From positions 37,076,001 through 37,140,000 of the forward strand of contig OZ024753.1 of assembly GCA_964016885.1 (NCBI GenBank): 64,000 nt of DNA, written 5' to 3'. Made by a program: the position numbers and the translations under genes. Every line of letters begins with the position of its first letter. The stretch's first letter is position 1. The notes under the pieces were generated by a model that was not told the origin of the DNA, ran no database searches, and saw nothing but the letters and a program-made list of their open reading frames with translations. The DNA comes from Eledone cirrhosa. Its lineage: Eukaryota. Of this stretch, positions 13,750 through 26,491 are shown in pieces.

Positions 13750-14815
13750 TAATTGTTTCTACTTTTGGCACAAGGCCAGCAACCACCCAGTGCATTACTG
13801 GTACTTTATTTTATCGACCCCGTAAGGATGAAAGGCAAAGTTAACCTCGGCGGGATTTGAAGCATAAATAATAATGATGATAATTGTTTCTACTTTTGGC
13901 ACAAGGCCAGCAATTACCCCAGTGCATTACTGGTACTTTATTTTATCGACCCCGTAAGGATGAAAGGCAAAGTCAACCTCGGCGGGATTTGAAGCATAAA
14001 TAATAATGATAATAATTGTTTCTACTTTTGGCACAAGGCCAGCAACCACCCAGTGCATTACTGGTACTTTATTTTATCGACCCCGTAAGGATGAAAGGCA
14101 AAGTTAACCTCGGCGGGATTTGAACTCAGATCGTAAAGGGACGTAACTATGCTGGAAAGCATGGCGTCCGACCCTCTACCGATACTGCCAATCCACCGCC
14201 ATAAATAATAATGATAATAATTGTTTCTACTTTGGGCACAAGGGCAGCAATTTGAAGCGGAGGGGAAAGTCGATTAAATCAAAACCAGTACATTACTGGT
14301 ACTTTATTCTATCGACGGGATTTGAACTGAAGACGTTAAGAGACGTAGCTATATGTTGCAAATTATGGTGTCCGACACTCTACCGATACTGCCAACTCAC
14401 ATAATGATTTCTAGTATAGGCACAAGGCCAGTAATTTGGGTGAAAGGGGAAAGTCTATTAAACCGACCCCCAGTACATTACTGGTACATTATTTTATCGA
14501 CCCCGTAAGGATGAAAGGCAGTGTCAACCTCGGCGGGATTTGAACTCAGAATGGTAAGGGCCGTAACTCTATGCGTCAAAGCATGGTGTCCGACCCTTAC
14601 TGATACTGCCAATCCACCGCCATTGATAATAATTGTTTCTACTTTTGGCACAAGGCCATAAATTACCCCAGTGCATTACTGGTACTTTATTTTATCGACC
14701 CCGTAAGGATGAAAGGTAAAGTTAACCTCGGCGGGATTTGAACTCAGATCATAAAGGGAGGTAACTCTATGCTACAAAGCATGGTGTCCGACCCTCTACC
14801 AATACTGCAAATCCA
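13750..14815 (-). mobile_element. Head-to-tail array of six tRNA-derived SINE-A copies
   Basis: Repeated ..ctggtactttattttatcgaccccgtaaggatgaaaggcaaagttaacctcggcgggatttgaac.. (B box GTTCAAATC on the minus strand). Two truncated 131-132 bp units plus four near-full copies. Confidence 0.9.
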
Positions 14816-15263
14816 ATAATGATATGGCGAGAGGTGATGGTAATTGCGATGATGATGATAATGGTGATAACAACAATAACAATAACAATAATAATAATGA
14901 TGATAAGGAAAAAAAATCTGGTGGTAAGGTTTGTTAAGGTCTTTTTTGCTGATTTATTTATTACTTCTATATAAAAAGGGAATATGATAAAATAAATGTT
15001 TTGTGTCTGGGATGATAGGGCTGTTGTGTTAGTTAGCTAACATATGGTAGATTTTATCAGTTGGACTCCGATGTTGGTTGGTTAAACTTTAATTATAAAC
15101 GGATGTAGAACTACAGACGTACACCAATATATACCCCCTCGACATACACAGTTTAATAGATATGCTTTCTCTTACACGCGCACACACACATACACCCGCA
15201 CACACACACACACATAGATATATATATATATAAGCATGCTTTTCCGAACTCGACCAATTTTAC

Positions 15264-15315
15264 GACATTCCTGATGATTTCATACGAATGAAACAGTCCT
15301 AGTCCTGTAGAAGTC
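15264..15315 (+). ncRNA. Type I hammerhead ribozyme (family H1)
   Basis: gacattc-CTGATGA-tttc-atac-gaat-GAAA-cag-tcctagtc-ctg-TA-gaagtc; same family as 52329. Confidence 0.7.
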
Positions 15316-15320
15316 ATTCT

Positions 15321-15361
<41 letters not shown>

Positions 15362-15439
15362 ATGTGTGCGTGTTTAACCCCCAGCTTAACTCTGTTCGAA
15401 CAGAGATCGTTGATCAAAGATGTTCCAGTTGTGACCATC

Positions 15440-15480
<41 letters not shown>

Positions 15481-15483
<3 letters not shown>

Positions 15484-15636
15484 GAGTGTCGGTTTGATAA
15501 GTTCATAGGCTGACCAAGATACTCTCATGGAATGACCACATTTGGTTTATTTTTCAACATAGTCACTGGAAGGAAGAGTTGAAATTAATGTATACGAGAT
15601 TACACAGCTCTAGTATCAATCCTTCTAAGTCAGCCT
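15481..15636 (+). mobile_element. Internally deleted mariner-like relic
   Basis: TA-CGAG..ataagttcataggctgac left end and tttttcaacatagtc motif; the inner part of the right TIR (gtcagcct) is interrupted by (GT)n. Confidence 0.5.
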
Positions 15637-15843
15637 GTGTGTGTGTGTGTGTAAATAAATGCAGACACATTTATATACATACACCCATTTATATCAGAGT
15701 GCAGAGTCTACGAAAAAAAAAAGAATAAAAGAAGACGAAGAAAAGAAAAAGAAGAAAAAGATAGATAAAAAAAGAAGAAAAAAAACGAAGAATCAACCCA
15801 TTATTTGACTTGCACATCTATGCTCCACACACGCATCCTCGTG

Positions 15844-15959
<116 letters not shown>

Positions 15960-16388
15960 CAACAACAACTTAATTAAAGCAACGTAACTCTGTCTGAGGT
16001 TGTCCGGTCGAATGATGGAACATATGGTCAGAAGATTAATAAATCAGCTCAAGCTACGAATACAGTTAATCTGATACACTGATACATTCGCTCAACGGAC
16101 AACGGTAGGGATCAGATATTTTAGTAATAAGATATAACTGGGTTCAAAGAGCTTGTCCAAATCTTTCTTCCCAATCTGTCGTCCATTTTATTTTGTACTG
16201 ATAACGTCCATATCTACAACTTCAATTACAATAATTTCTAATTTACGCACAAGGCCAGCTATTTATGAGCAGAGTGTTGATTAGATCAACCCGAGTATTT
16301 TACTGGTGGTTTAATTTTATAATACTCTGACTAATTGATTAATGCTTTAGTTAATTTATTCATTAAGCAAAGATTGTCATTAATCGAC

Positions 16389-16441
<53 letters not shown>

Positions 16442-16601
16442 CAGAAGATCCCGTTAAGGGTGAAAGCAGCGATTCTTTGCTTAAACTTTATTTTAATAAA
16501 TATTTGCTCTACGGTTCTTATATATTTGATATATATTTATCCTTATCGAGCCCTCTTTGAATTTTAGTCTTCAAATGTATTATTATTACTATATATATAT
16601 T

Positions 16602-16720
16602 GTCTGAGTTCAAATCCCGCCGAGGTTGACTTTGCCTTTCATCCTTGCGGGGTCGATAAAATAAAGTACCAGTAATACACTGGGATAATTGCTGGCCTTG
16701 TGTCAAAAGTAGAAACAATT
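16602..16720 (+). mobile_element. 5'-truncated SINE-A
   Basis: B box, core and tail ggccttgtgtcaaaagtagaaacaatt. Confidence 0.8.
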
Positions 16721-16722
16721 AT

Positions 16723-16772
<50 letters not shown>

Positions 16773-17628
16773 AAGGGAAAATATAAAAATGGGAAAACTC
16801 ATCGCTAGAACACCCGATAAACCACCGAAATGCCGTCAAAGACAGCGATGGACAAAAATCCCTCAGAGAACAGAGACCAGCGGCCAGTGGTCAACAGAGA
16901 CAATCTACAAGGTGGGTGACAGGCAGATGAAATATAGAAATGACTGAAATGTTAGCAATCAACCTGATATTAAAATATCGATTTCTAATTTAAGCATGGG
17001 GCCAAAAAATTTGGGTGAAGGGTAAAGTTGATTAAATCTATCAGAGTACATGACTGATACTTAAATATATGGAACTAGGAGGGTGAAAGGAAAAGTTGAC
17101 CTTGGGATTTGAATGTAAAGAACTAGAACTCGAAAAAATATCATAATGGATGGCATTTCTTCCGATGTTTTACGATTTCTGGAAATCCACCACCCTCAGC
17201 TCAGATTAAAATATTAATATTGCATCTATTTACTTCATTGGTTATATACACACATCATATGTACATACATTATATATACATATATTTACGTAAGGTGTAT
17301 CAAATTCAAAAGAACGGAGAACCGTTTGAGAGAAACAGACTACTGTAACTTGAGGCAATGAAATTCTAGACTCTTGATTTGATGTTTATGACCTTACTGC
17401 TTAATAAACACTGAAATTCACAAGTAGTTTTAGTGCACACACCACACATATACACCACACACACACCACACACATGCACACGCACTCACACAGACTCACT
17501 CTCTCACATGAATGTATATCTCCAAAATGGCTGACTGAATACAAACGTGCTTTTTCTTTTAAAATGTTGTTGCTTCCTTCCTCTTCTTACTCTCTATATT
17601 TTCATTTTATCTTTCATGTCTCATTCTA

Positions 17629-17664
17629 TCTTCTGATGAAGGAATAGTGTCCGAAACGCAAGAA
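17629..17664 (+). ncRNA. Degenerate Penelope-type hammerhead motif
   Basis: tctt-CTGATGA-AGGA-atagtg-TCC-GAAACG-CA-AGA. The cleavage-site U is missing. Confidence 0.4.
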
Positions 17665-17755
17665 CTTTTTTCGTACTATATCAAGCATCAAGCGTTAAAT
17701 TAATATATTTCTTCATTGTAATATGTTGTTCACGTTGATGTTTCCCTTTATTCTT

Positions 17756-17801
<46 letters not shown>

Positions 17802-17975
17802 TAATACATCTACAAACATATGCGTACAGATGTACACTAATACTAGTAAATATATAAGTTATGTCAAAGTACCTAGGTGGTTCAATGCAGGGGATGCAGA
17901 ACAATTATATGAAAGACGTAAAATAAGAAAATTATAAAATTTAGTAAATTTTAGTAAGTAAGTTAATTTTATGTC

Positions 17976-18015
<40 letters not shown>

Positions 18016-18704
18016 ACCCTTAATTTCTGAAGGTTAGTTAGTACTGAAAACCCTGTAAATATGGAGGAAAAACTTCATAGAGTCCCCTGACGCAACCTTA
18101 AAACGCACACAATTATATATATACATACACACAAATATATATATATAACATTTTGATTTTATAAATATACTAAACATAAGAAAGCGAAATATAAACCACT
18201 CTAACACCTATTAAAGAAATCTAAAAGGATATTTTTTTCAAATATATCCTTGTTTATTTTATTTTATTCACCCCTTTCCTAACTTTCAAAAGGATTAAAG
18301 CAGTTTTTGAGATATTTTTCTAAAGATTAACATAGAAACTTTCGAGGCTTACATAATCATTCATCACATAATATTTTGTAATTCAATATTTTGACTATTG
18401 CCAAACCAGGACTAATTAGAAAAGAATACTTTTACCAAACATAGGTTTCCATAATTACCATATAAACTCATGGAAAAGGTCAAATGTTTTGGGACTATTT
18501 TTGAAGTTAAACTTTTGGGGTGAACTATAACATGGATGAGCTAAGCAAAATATTTATTGCATTTTTCAATAAGAGAAATTAAAATAAAATACATTTGAAC
18601 CTCGGTTCATGAACGTAGTTCGTACCTGAAGGCCGTTCGAAATGTTGATAAATACAAAGAGAAAGAGAGAGAGGCCGGTAGACATGGCAATAGTAACTAA
18701 CAAT

Positions 18705-18957
18705 ACAGCTCTGATATTTTACGAACATGTGGTTCGAATGTTTCAGGAAAGAATCGCTGGACAGATTTTACAGGCAAAATCAACTGACAAGAGGCCTCGA
18801 GCAAGATGGTTGAATAACATCAATGAGCTCGGCTGATTTCGCTCGTGGATCCAGCCAGATCAGTTGGAAACGGTCGCTTCTGACAGGACCCGTTGGAAGG
18901 AGTGTTTCAGGACTCTGCCACACCACGACCCTCTCGGGAATAAGTGGGCGAAGAAGG
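18705..18957 (+). mobile_element. RTE LINE 3' fragment (same family, unamplified)
   Basis: HVVRMFQERIAGQILQAKSTDKRPRARWLNNINELG; 3' end ...gtgggcgaagaag. Confidence 0.8.
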
Positions 18958-19430
18958 AATCTTTAGAAGTTAGATCATAAAATGACATTTTTGTTGCTTG
19001 TCGTAATTCGAATCCTACGAAAGCATTAAAATTCTATTTCAATAGATAGATAGATAGATATATAGATAGATAGATATTTGGGCGAGAGAGAGAATCACAC
19101 ACACACGTATATGTATGCGTTACGTGTTTGCGTTCACGTGTGCATGTATTGAGTATAAACGATATGTCTATATACAAATGTGTGATACGTACATGTGTAT
19201 AAGCGCTTCTGTGTGCGCATGTGAGTAATGTGTATGCTTGTATTCGTAGATACACAAATGAACATATTGTTTGCATTCATACCTTCAGATTCGTTTTATC
19301 ATATCTATTTCGATAACAAGACACGAGCTATTAACAGTAGGAGTTACTTTACACACACACACTCAAATAGATTAGCAGTAGGCGCTGTGTGGCATACATA
19401 CACGAACGCAGACACACATTCTCTCTCCTG

Positions 19431-19494
<64 letters not shown>

Positions 19495-19619
19495 GATACA
19501 TATACACACACACACACACCTACTCATGTACATCCCAACACACACATACTTTCTCTTTCTATCCAACCTTTCATTACGTTGTTAGTATATTAAGACTGAT
19601 TCGTGTCTCATGTTCTCAC

Positions 19620-19860
<241 letters not shown>

Positions 19861-20408
19861 CATCTAAGCCTTCTGTGAATCTCATATATAAAGAGGTGCC
19901 GAAACATCTTGTTTGGTCAGCATATAGACAACATAGGTACATAAATACACACATACAAATATATATTATATAGAATATACGAGAGAAAATTACTGACAGG
20001 AGGATTGGCTACAGAAATAGATAGAAGATAAAGTGTGTAGGAGAGTCATAGTGAGAGAGAAAGTGTGTTGTATGTGTGTGTGAGAGAGAGAGGGCGGGAG
20101 GAGAGAGTAAGCGGATGAGTACTTGAGAGAGTGGGTCAGCGAGTGAGTGAGTCAGCGAGTGGGTGATTGGATAAGGGGGGGTGAGCAGGTGAGTGAGCGA
20201 CAGGGCGAGTGAGATAGAGAGAGAGAGAGAGAGAGAGAGGCAAGAAGAAAGAAAAAGAGAGAGACAGATAAGTAGGAGACGAGATTTCAAGACCAAAATG
20301 AGGTGGGCGTGAGTGAGAGGGAGAGGCATAGAGAGAGAGAAAGAGGCAGGGAGAGAGAGAAGTAGGAAACTATATTTCAAGACCAAGATGAAGGGATGGG
20401 TGAGTGAG

Positions 20409-20466
<58 letters not shown>

Positions 20467-20667
20467 GGAAACTATATTTCAAGACCAAAGAATATAACTG
20501 TTCAGAAGAGAGATAGGTGACACTAGATAACAGCAATAACTTACTGCGGAAAAGGAAAAAAACACAAACTGAAATTATCTTAACGATCAATTTAACGATA
20601 GAGCAATGTTTACAAATTGTAGCAATTAATGTGAGGAAAACATTCTCTTTAATTAACTGGCGATGTT

Positions 20668-20875
20668 GGTGGTGGATTGGCAGAATGTGAGCGTCTGACA
20701 ACATGCTTTGTGGCATATAACGGCTCTTGGTGATCTGAGTTCAAATCCCGCCAAAAGTTAAACTTTGCATTTCATCCTTACGGGGTCGTTAAAATAAAGT
20801 GCAAGCAATGCTACTTTATTGGGGTGGATTTAATTGACATTCCCCTCCCCACCCTGAATTGTTGGCCTTGTGTCT
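20668..20875 (+). mobile_element. SINE-A copy
   Basis: ggtggattggcagaa head, B box and core. Confidence 0.75.
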
Positions 20876-20926
20876 TATATATCATCATCATCATTATTTA
20901 AGGTCCATTTTTTTTACGCTAACATG

Positions 20927-20970
<44 letters not shown>

Positions 20971-21467
20971 AATAAGGGCGCTGCGGAGTTGCAAATGGGT
21001 TACATATGAAAAAAGTTTGTCCTTCATCAGTGATCTTCCAACCATCATAGGCATTTCATCGCTTTAAAGACCATATACCTCCGGTTGGTGCGAGCAACGG
21101 CTAAAAAAAAGTCGTTGGGACACGTAAATAAAGGGGACGCGAGGGTAAACAAACAAAATGGTGAAGCAACAGTAAGTGAGGAAGAATATATATATAGTGA
21201 AAGAGTATCAGCGGCCTTTAGACTCACCTGATAAATGAAACAATTGTTAATACTGTGAATAAAACACTTTTTGTACAGCCGACCATGTTATTCTTCACCC
21301 TTTCACTACTATTACTCCAAGAATAACCTACATGGCAATTCTCGCAAACTAGCTACCTAACTAAGGAAACCTCTTGTTGAGTCAAACAACGCCATACGTT
21401 AAACTATCCACAGTACAGACTACTCAAAACCTCAAACTGGATTACCTTCAATGATAACTTGTTCCCC

Positions 21468-21522
<55 letters not shown>

Positions 21523-21529
21523 AATAAAT

Positions 21530-21722
21530 TATCGAGAATCGGAACTTCGGCCCACGAAATAACGAAAAACAATCTTCGAAATGTGCGGCAAAGTGCTCAA
21601 TGGTTCGAATAAACCAGAGCTATAACTAACGTTTAATACCAACACACTGAGACAATGCTTAAACAATCATTCGCACAGCCAAAAATACGACCAAGAAAAT
21701 TCGGGTCAAACAAATAAAAATA
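21530..21722 (+). repeat. Unclassified dispersed repeat (second copy at 61725-61920)
   Basis: The two copies align (gagaatcg..gaaaaacaa..gctcaat..accagagcta..cacactgagac..cgaccaag..ttcgggtcaaacaaataaaaa). Confidence 0.7.
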
Positions 21723-21987
21723 TATATGAATGGAAAATGAAAAATGAAAAATGAAAAATGAAAACTGAAAAATGAAAAATGAAAAATGAAAAATGAAAAA
21801 TATATATATATATATACCCATGTTAGCATAAAAAATGGACCTTAAATGTTATATTCCTATAAGGAAAGCACAATCAACCCTAGGTGGCCATCTTTGTTTT
21901 TATTTTTCTCATGACAGGCTGAATGAATTGGGGCCCAGAACCTAACGAAACTTGAGTACCTGTTTATGTCAGTGTTGTAATTATATA

Positions 21988-22034
<47 letters not shown>

Positions 22035-22120
22035 GAAAAATTGAACAGGGACAGAACAGAGAGGCAGTACGATAAATGTTTATTAAATTCACGCTCAGGA
22101 GAGTGGGGGGTAGGTGGGGG

Positions 22121-22152
22121 ACGACGTTTCGGGCATAAGCCCTTCTTCAGGT
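22121..22152 (-). ncRNA. Penelope-type minimal hammerhead motif
   Basis: Minus strand ac-CTGAAGA-A-GGGC-ttat-GCCC-GAAAC-GTC-gt, the typical PLE pLTR motif. AATAAA lies downstream on the same strand. Helix I is only about 2 bp. Confidence 0.6.
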
Positions 22153-22320
22153 GAGAGTTCAAAAGGTGTGTAGGGGAGTGGTGGAGATATATACGGACTT
22201 TTAACATCTGCAACTACTTCGCATTTTCTTATTCTAAATATACTCCGTCATTCCTATGTAGGAAAAATACGTTGAGTGCTTGAATTGAATTGCATCAATA
22301 TTTTCAATATTTACCGTAAG

Positions 22321-22351
<31 letters not shown>

Positions 22352-22436
22352 AAAAGTTCTATTTAAATTGTTGGGATACAACAAGCAAATATTTTTATAA
22401 CTGATATAAAGCATTCAACGAATATTTGGAGTAAAA

Positions 22437-22679
22437 ATACGATATTAACAAATGGAAATTATATTTATAAAACCACATTTATTTCATTATACATATTTCA
22501 AGGACACCAAGTTAAATTATGGTGTGCTTTATAATATAGATCAGTTTTATAAATAAAACTGATCTATATTATATTTTATCTGATGAAAGCACACCATAAT
22601 TTAACTTGGTGTCCTTGAAATATGTATAATGAAATAAATATGGTTTTATAAATATAGTTTCCATTTGTTAATATCGTAT
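22437..22679. repeat. Nested inverted repeats (94-bp arms plus a 42-bp inner hairpin) carrying an H3 hammerhead
   Basis: 22437-22530 is the reverse complement of 22586-22679. The inner palindrome spans 22531-22572. Confidence 0.85.
22573..22635 (+). ncRNA. Type I hammerhead ribozyme (family H3) inside an inverted repeat
   Basis: attttat-CTGATGA-aagcacacca..tggtgtcctt-GAAA-tatgta-TA-atgaaat. Helix II differs in sequence from the 61317 copy but still pairs. Confidence 0.7.
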
Positions 22680-22991
22680 ATATATATATATAAGAGAAAG
22701 TCAAAAAGAGTAGAGAGACGTTGAATGAATTAAACTGCACTAAGGTGACCCCTGCCGAACTACGTCAAATATTCTATTAGTTACATTTTATTTATTATTA
22801 TTTTTTGTTTTGTTTTTGCAAAGTAAAAAAAAAACCTGCTGTTATGACTGCCAGGTTTATGTAAAATACGTCATATAACTCGGGCAATATGCACTAGTTT
22901 AGTTGCAGTTTCCTCGCAGCGTGAGAAACTACAGATGCAACATGAATTAACATGTAAATTACAGTGGTTAGGGTAGTGTATAGATCTCTCG

Positions 22992-23140
22992 TAGAAGTTT
23001 ATATAGAAAAGGCGTCTACATACGAATGAAACAGCGCTAGACCTGTAGAAGCCTTTTCTATATAAACATCTGCCTTTATTCTACACATGTATTGAGTACC
23101 TTATTTACTGTGGTTAACCCCGGCTCAACTCGGGACCTAC
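22992..23140 (+). mobile_element. Family H1 element, 5'-truncated with short inversion
   Basis: tacgaatGAAAcagcgctagacctgTAgaagcc preceded by its own inverted 3' flank; same tail as the other H1 copies. Confidence 0.6.
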
Positions 23141-23141
23141 T

Positions 23142-23215
<74 letters not shown>

Positions 23216-23333
23216 GAAGAGAGGGGATGTGTAGTTGCGGGGTAAGATATACTTAAAAATAAGAAAGCAAACTAATGAAGGAAATCTTTCTCCCGTTCAT
23301 GCTTTCTTATATCTCTCTCTCTATATATATATA

Positions 23334-23551
23334 TAGGAACAAGTATGACCCCGACGGCAGAGTTCAAGCCGTTTCGACGGCTAATTCTTTTTTATTTATT
23401 TATTTATTTTTTTAGTCCAGAATTAGCCGTCGAAACGGCTTGAGCTCTGCCGTCGGGGTCATACTTGTTCCTATTACCCACTCTACTACCCTAAGTATTG
23501 AGTACTTTGGTGCGTTATAGTCCATCTGGTTCCTTACCACATTTCCTTCGT
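23334..23551 (+). mobile_element. Family H2 fold-back element (hammerhead 3' half plus tail)
   Basis: Arms 23334-23388 and 23419-23473. The right arm reads gtc-GAAA-cggc-ttgagctct-gccg-TC-gggg. TA-flanked. Confidence 0.65.
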
Positions 23552-23926
23552 TATATATATATATAGGAGATGAATAAATTGGGCATGAGACTCGTTTATT
23601 ACCAAATGCCAAAAGAGCTCAATGTATTAACGACTTATAGAAGAATGCAAAACAAAGCCTAGTACTGGGATCATTTCTTCTTCTATATCTCTTTCTCATT
23701 TTCTCTCTTTCATGTTCTATCCTTCTCTGGAAGAAATCTGCTGTATTCAGACCTGGAGAGGAGATGGGCTCTGCCAGGTCTTAAAAATGTCCTAGAAACG
23801 TTGTATGTATGTCAATATGTTTCGACCGCGACTCCTTCAAAGGTTACAGGATACGAAAAACGACAGTATATGCTACAGGGTCTACACTAAACTAATTTGG
23901 CACTATATACGACTCCTTTATAGTAT

Positions 23927-24137
23927 GGCGCGTGGCTGAGTGGTTAGAGAATTGGATTCGCAATCGTGAGGTTGTGAGTTCGATTCCCGGACCAGGCGAT
24001 GCGTTATGTCCTTGAGCAAGACACTTTATTTCAAGTTGCTCCTTTTACCTGGAGTTACGACCGATAGATAGTTTAAGCAATTAGAAAGACCCATAGAAAC
24101 ATTGTTTCCTCGGTCCGATTTGACGAAAGTCGATCGA
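23927..24137 (+). mobile_element. SINE-B (tRNA-derived, CORE-like domain)
   Basis: A box TGGCTGAGTGG, B box GTTCGATTC, CORE-like tgtccttgagcaagacactt, tail ..ggtccgatttgacgaaagtcgatcg. Confidence 0.85.
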
Positions 24138-24627
24138 CTGTATGCTCTACAACGCCCAGCACTAATTCAATCTGACTCTATATCTACCATATCAAAATCT
24201 CCAGTATCGAACAGAATACAATAAAAGGACTAAAGTAATGCACATTCGTATTTTTTTTAACGTAATAAAATATATGTAAATACTTATAAGAATGAGCAAG
24301 AAATAACTACAAGGCACACATAAACACACACACACACACACACACACACTCGTGGTACAGGCAGAAAAGACAGCTGCACAAATATGCGTTGCGTTAATGA
24401 CATCTCTCTCTCTCTGTATATTATGTGTTAAATAGTAGACAGAGTTATCTCTTGCTGACACTAACCTAGTTTTGTTGTTGTTGTTGTTTGTATTTGTTTT
24501 GTTCTTTTGTTGTTATGTTCTGCTGTTAAACATATGGCGACGAAAGTAATACAAAATACATGCACCACCCACCAACACCTACACCTACACCCTATTGTTC
24601 GGGATACGGGAATATCCTTTATTTATA

Positions 24628-24807
24628 CCGTATATGCCGGTGTACAAGTCGATCCGGCGCATAGATCGACCCCTAAAATTCTAAGGTGTAGTTCAGGTGA
24701 AGCAGCATGCATACTTCCACATTTTATATTCGGCGGTCAAGTCGACTCCTGGTTTTGGAGAGATATTTTTAGGATTTAAATGTCGATTTGTACGCCGGCA
24801 TATAAGC
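24628..24807. mobile_element. pogo/Tc2-type MITE, TA TSD
   Basis: TIRs CCGTATATGCCGGTGTACAAGTCGA and TCGATTTGTACGCCGGCATATA.., with internal subterminal repeats. Confidence 0.7.
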
Positions 24808-25162
24808 TACCCCGAAAAGACTTGCTACATACAAGCCGGAACCGATAGGCCCCGCGGTCGGGTTCACACCATCTTTTATACCAACCCTGTTCTTTTCCCT
24901 GTATAGAATGGAAGGCTTAAGATTTAAATACCTTACGAAATTTCCTTACTGCATAAGTATTTCTGATACGTATCTCAATGGTTTATACTATTTTTATCAT
25001 ATATGGAAATAAGGGAGACAATGCCGACATGGTTCAGCCTATTTCACCTCGTCAGTGAAGCTTAGATTTAAACGCAGCAATCTGCTTCGCCGAGGAAATC
25101 TAGTAAGAAATAAGATCGGAACTCGGAACATGTAAAGTGTTGTCTCCCATACTTGCAGTCAA

Positions 25163-25370
25163 TAATTGTTTCTAGTATATGCAAAAGGCCAGCATTTTGA
25201 AGGGAAAGGGGAAAGTCGATTAAATCGACCCCAGTGCGTGACTGGTACTTTATTTATTGACCCCGTAAGGATGAAAGGCAAAGCTAACTTCGGCGGGATT
25301 TGAACTGAGATCATATATGCCGTAACTCTATGCTGCAAAGTATTGTTTCGACGCCCTACAGATAGAGTTG
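25163..25370 (-). mobile_element. SINE-A copy
   Basis: Matches the consensus on the reverse strand. Confidence 0.8.
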
Positions 25371-26437
25371 CAGTAAATAATGAATATAGCATTACACTTA
25401 AAGCGTTGTTTATTTTCCTAGAGTTTCTAATTAGGTCTTTCTTTATCACTAACCATATTAAATGTATTAACTCTAAGCTAAGTATTATAGCTTGGCTTGT
25501 TTTGATAAGTTATAACATAGTAACATGAAGATAACAACGTAAAGATTCCACAAAGCTTTGTTTAACTGTAAACTGTAAAGTTGATGGGCGGGATGGCGGT
25601 TAAGTAGTACTATTTATGTGGGTGGTAGGAAGGTGGGTATAGGGTGGAGGATATGGTGGTGGTGGAATGGTAGTGGTGGTGGAATGGTTGTAGTGGTGAT
25701 AGAATGGTTGGAGTGGTGGTGGAATGGTTGTACTGGTGGAACGGTAATAGTGGCGGAACGGTAGAGGTAGTGATGGTGGTGGTGGTAAAATGGTGGAACG
25801 GTGGAGGCCGCGGTGGGCTGATAGTAGTGGAGGGATGGAGGTGGTGGTGCGAGGGTAGGTGAAGGGATCAGGGTGGTGGCAGTGGTAGCAATGGTGGTGG
25901 TAGTGGTGGTGGTGGTGGCAGTGATGACAGTGGTGGCGGCAGCAACTCTTTGAAAGATTTGTGAATCAAATATTTGCAAGTAGAATGGGTTTCTTAAGAA
26001 ATGGTTGTTCTAAATTTCAGTATAGAAAATATCGGATTACTGTAAGACGATATGGGTGAAATAGAAATAATAATAATAAATAATAATAATAATAATAATA
26101 ATAATAGAAGAGAAAGAATGGAGGAATGGGGGTGGATGGGGGAGAAGACAGATAGGAAAGAAGAGACAAACTGATACAGATAGACAGATAGATAAATAAA
26201 TAGATAGATAGATAGGTAGGTAGGAAGAGAGATAAGAGAAGTAGGCAGACAAAGAAAGAGAGATAGAGAGAGAGATATAGACAGACCGACAAAGAAAGAA
26301 AGAGAGAGAGAGAGAAACAGACAGACACAGACAGATAAATATATATAGAGAGAGAGAGTGAGTGAGAGAGAGAGAGACAGACAGACAAACAGACCGACTG
26401 GCAAGAGAGAACAAGTGGCCAAGTGAAAGTGACAACT

Positions 26438-26489
<52 letters not shown>

Positions 26490-26491
<2 letters not shown>

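Noticed and set aside
16440-16470. Hammerhead-like cagaaga-tccc-gttaa-gggt-gaaa
   Set aside because: Core mutated (CAGA instead of CUGA) and no helix I or III identifiable.
23927-24000. tRNA gene
   Set aside because: Has A and B boxes but continues into a SINE body found in many copies; it is a tRNA-derived SINE head.
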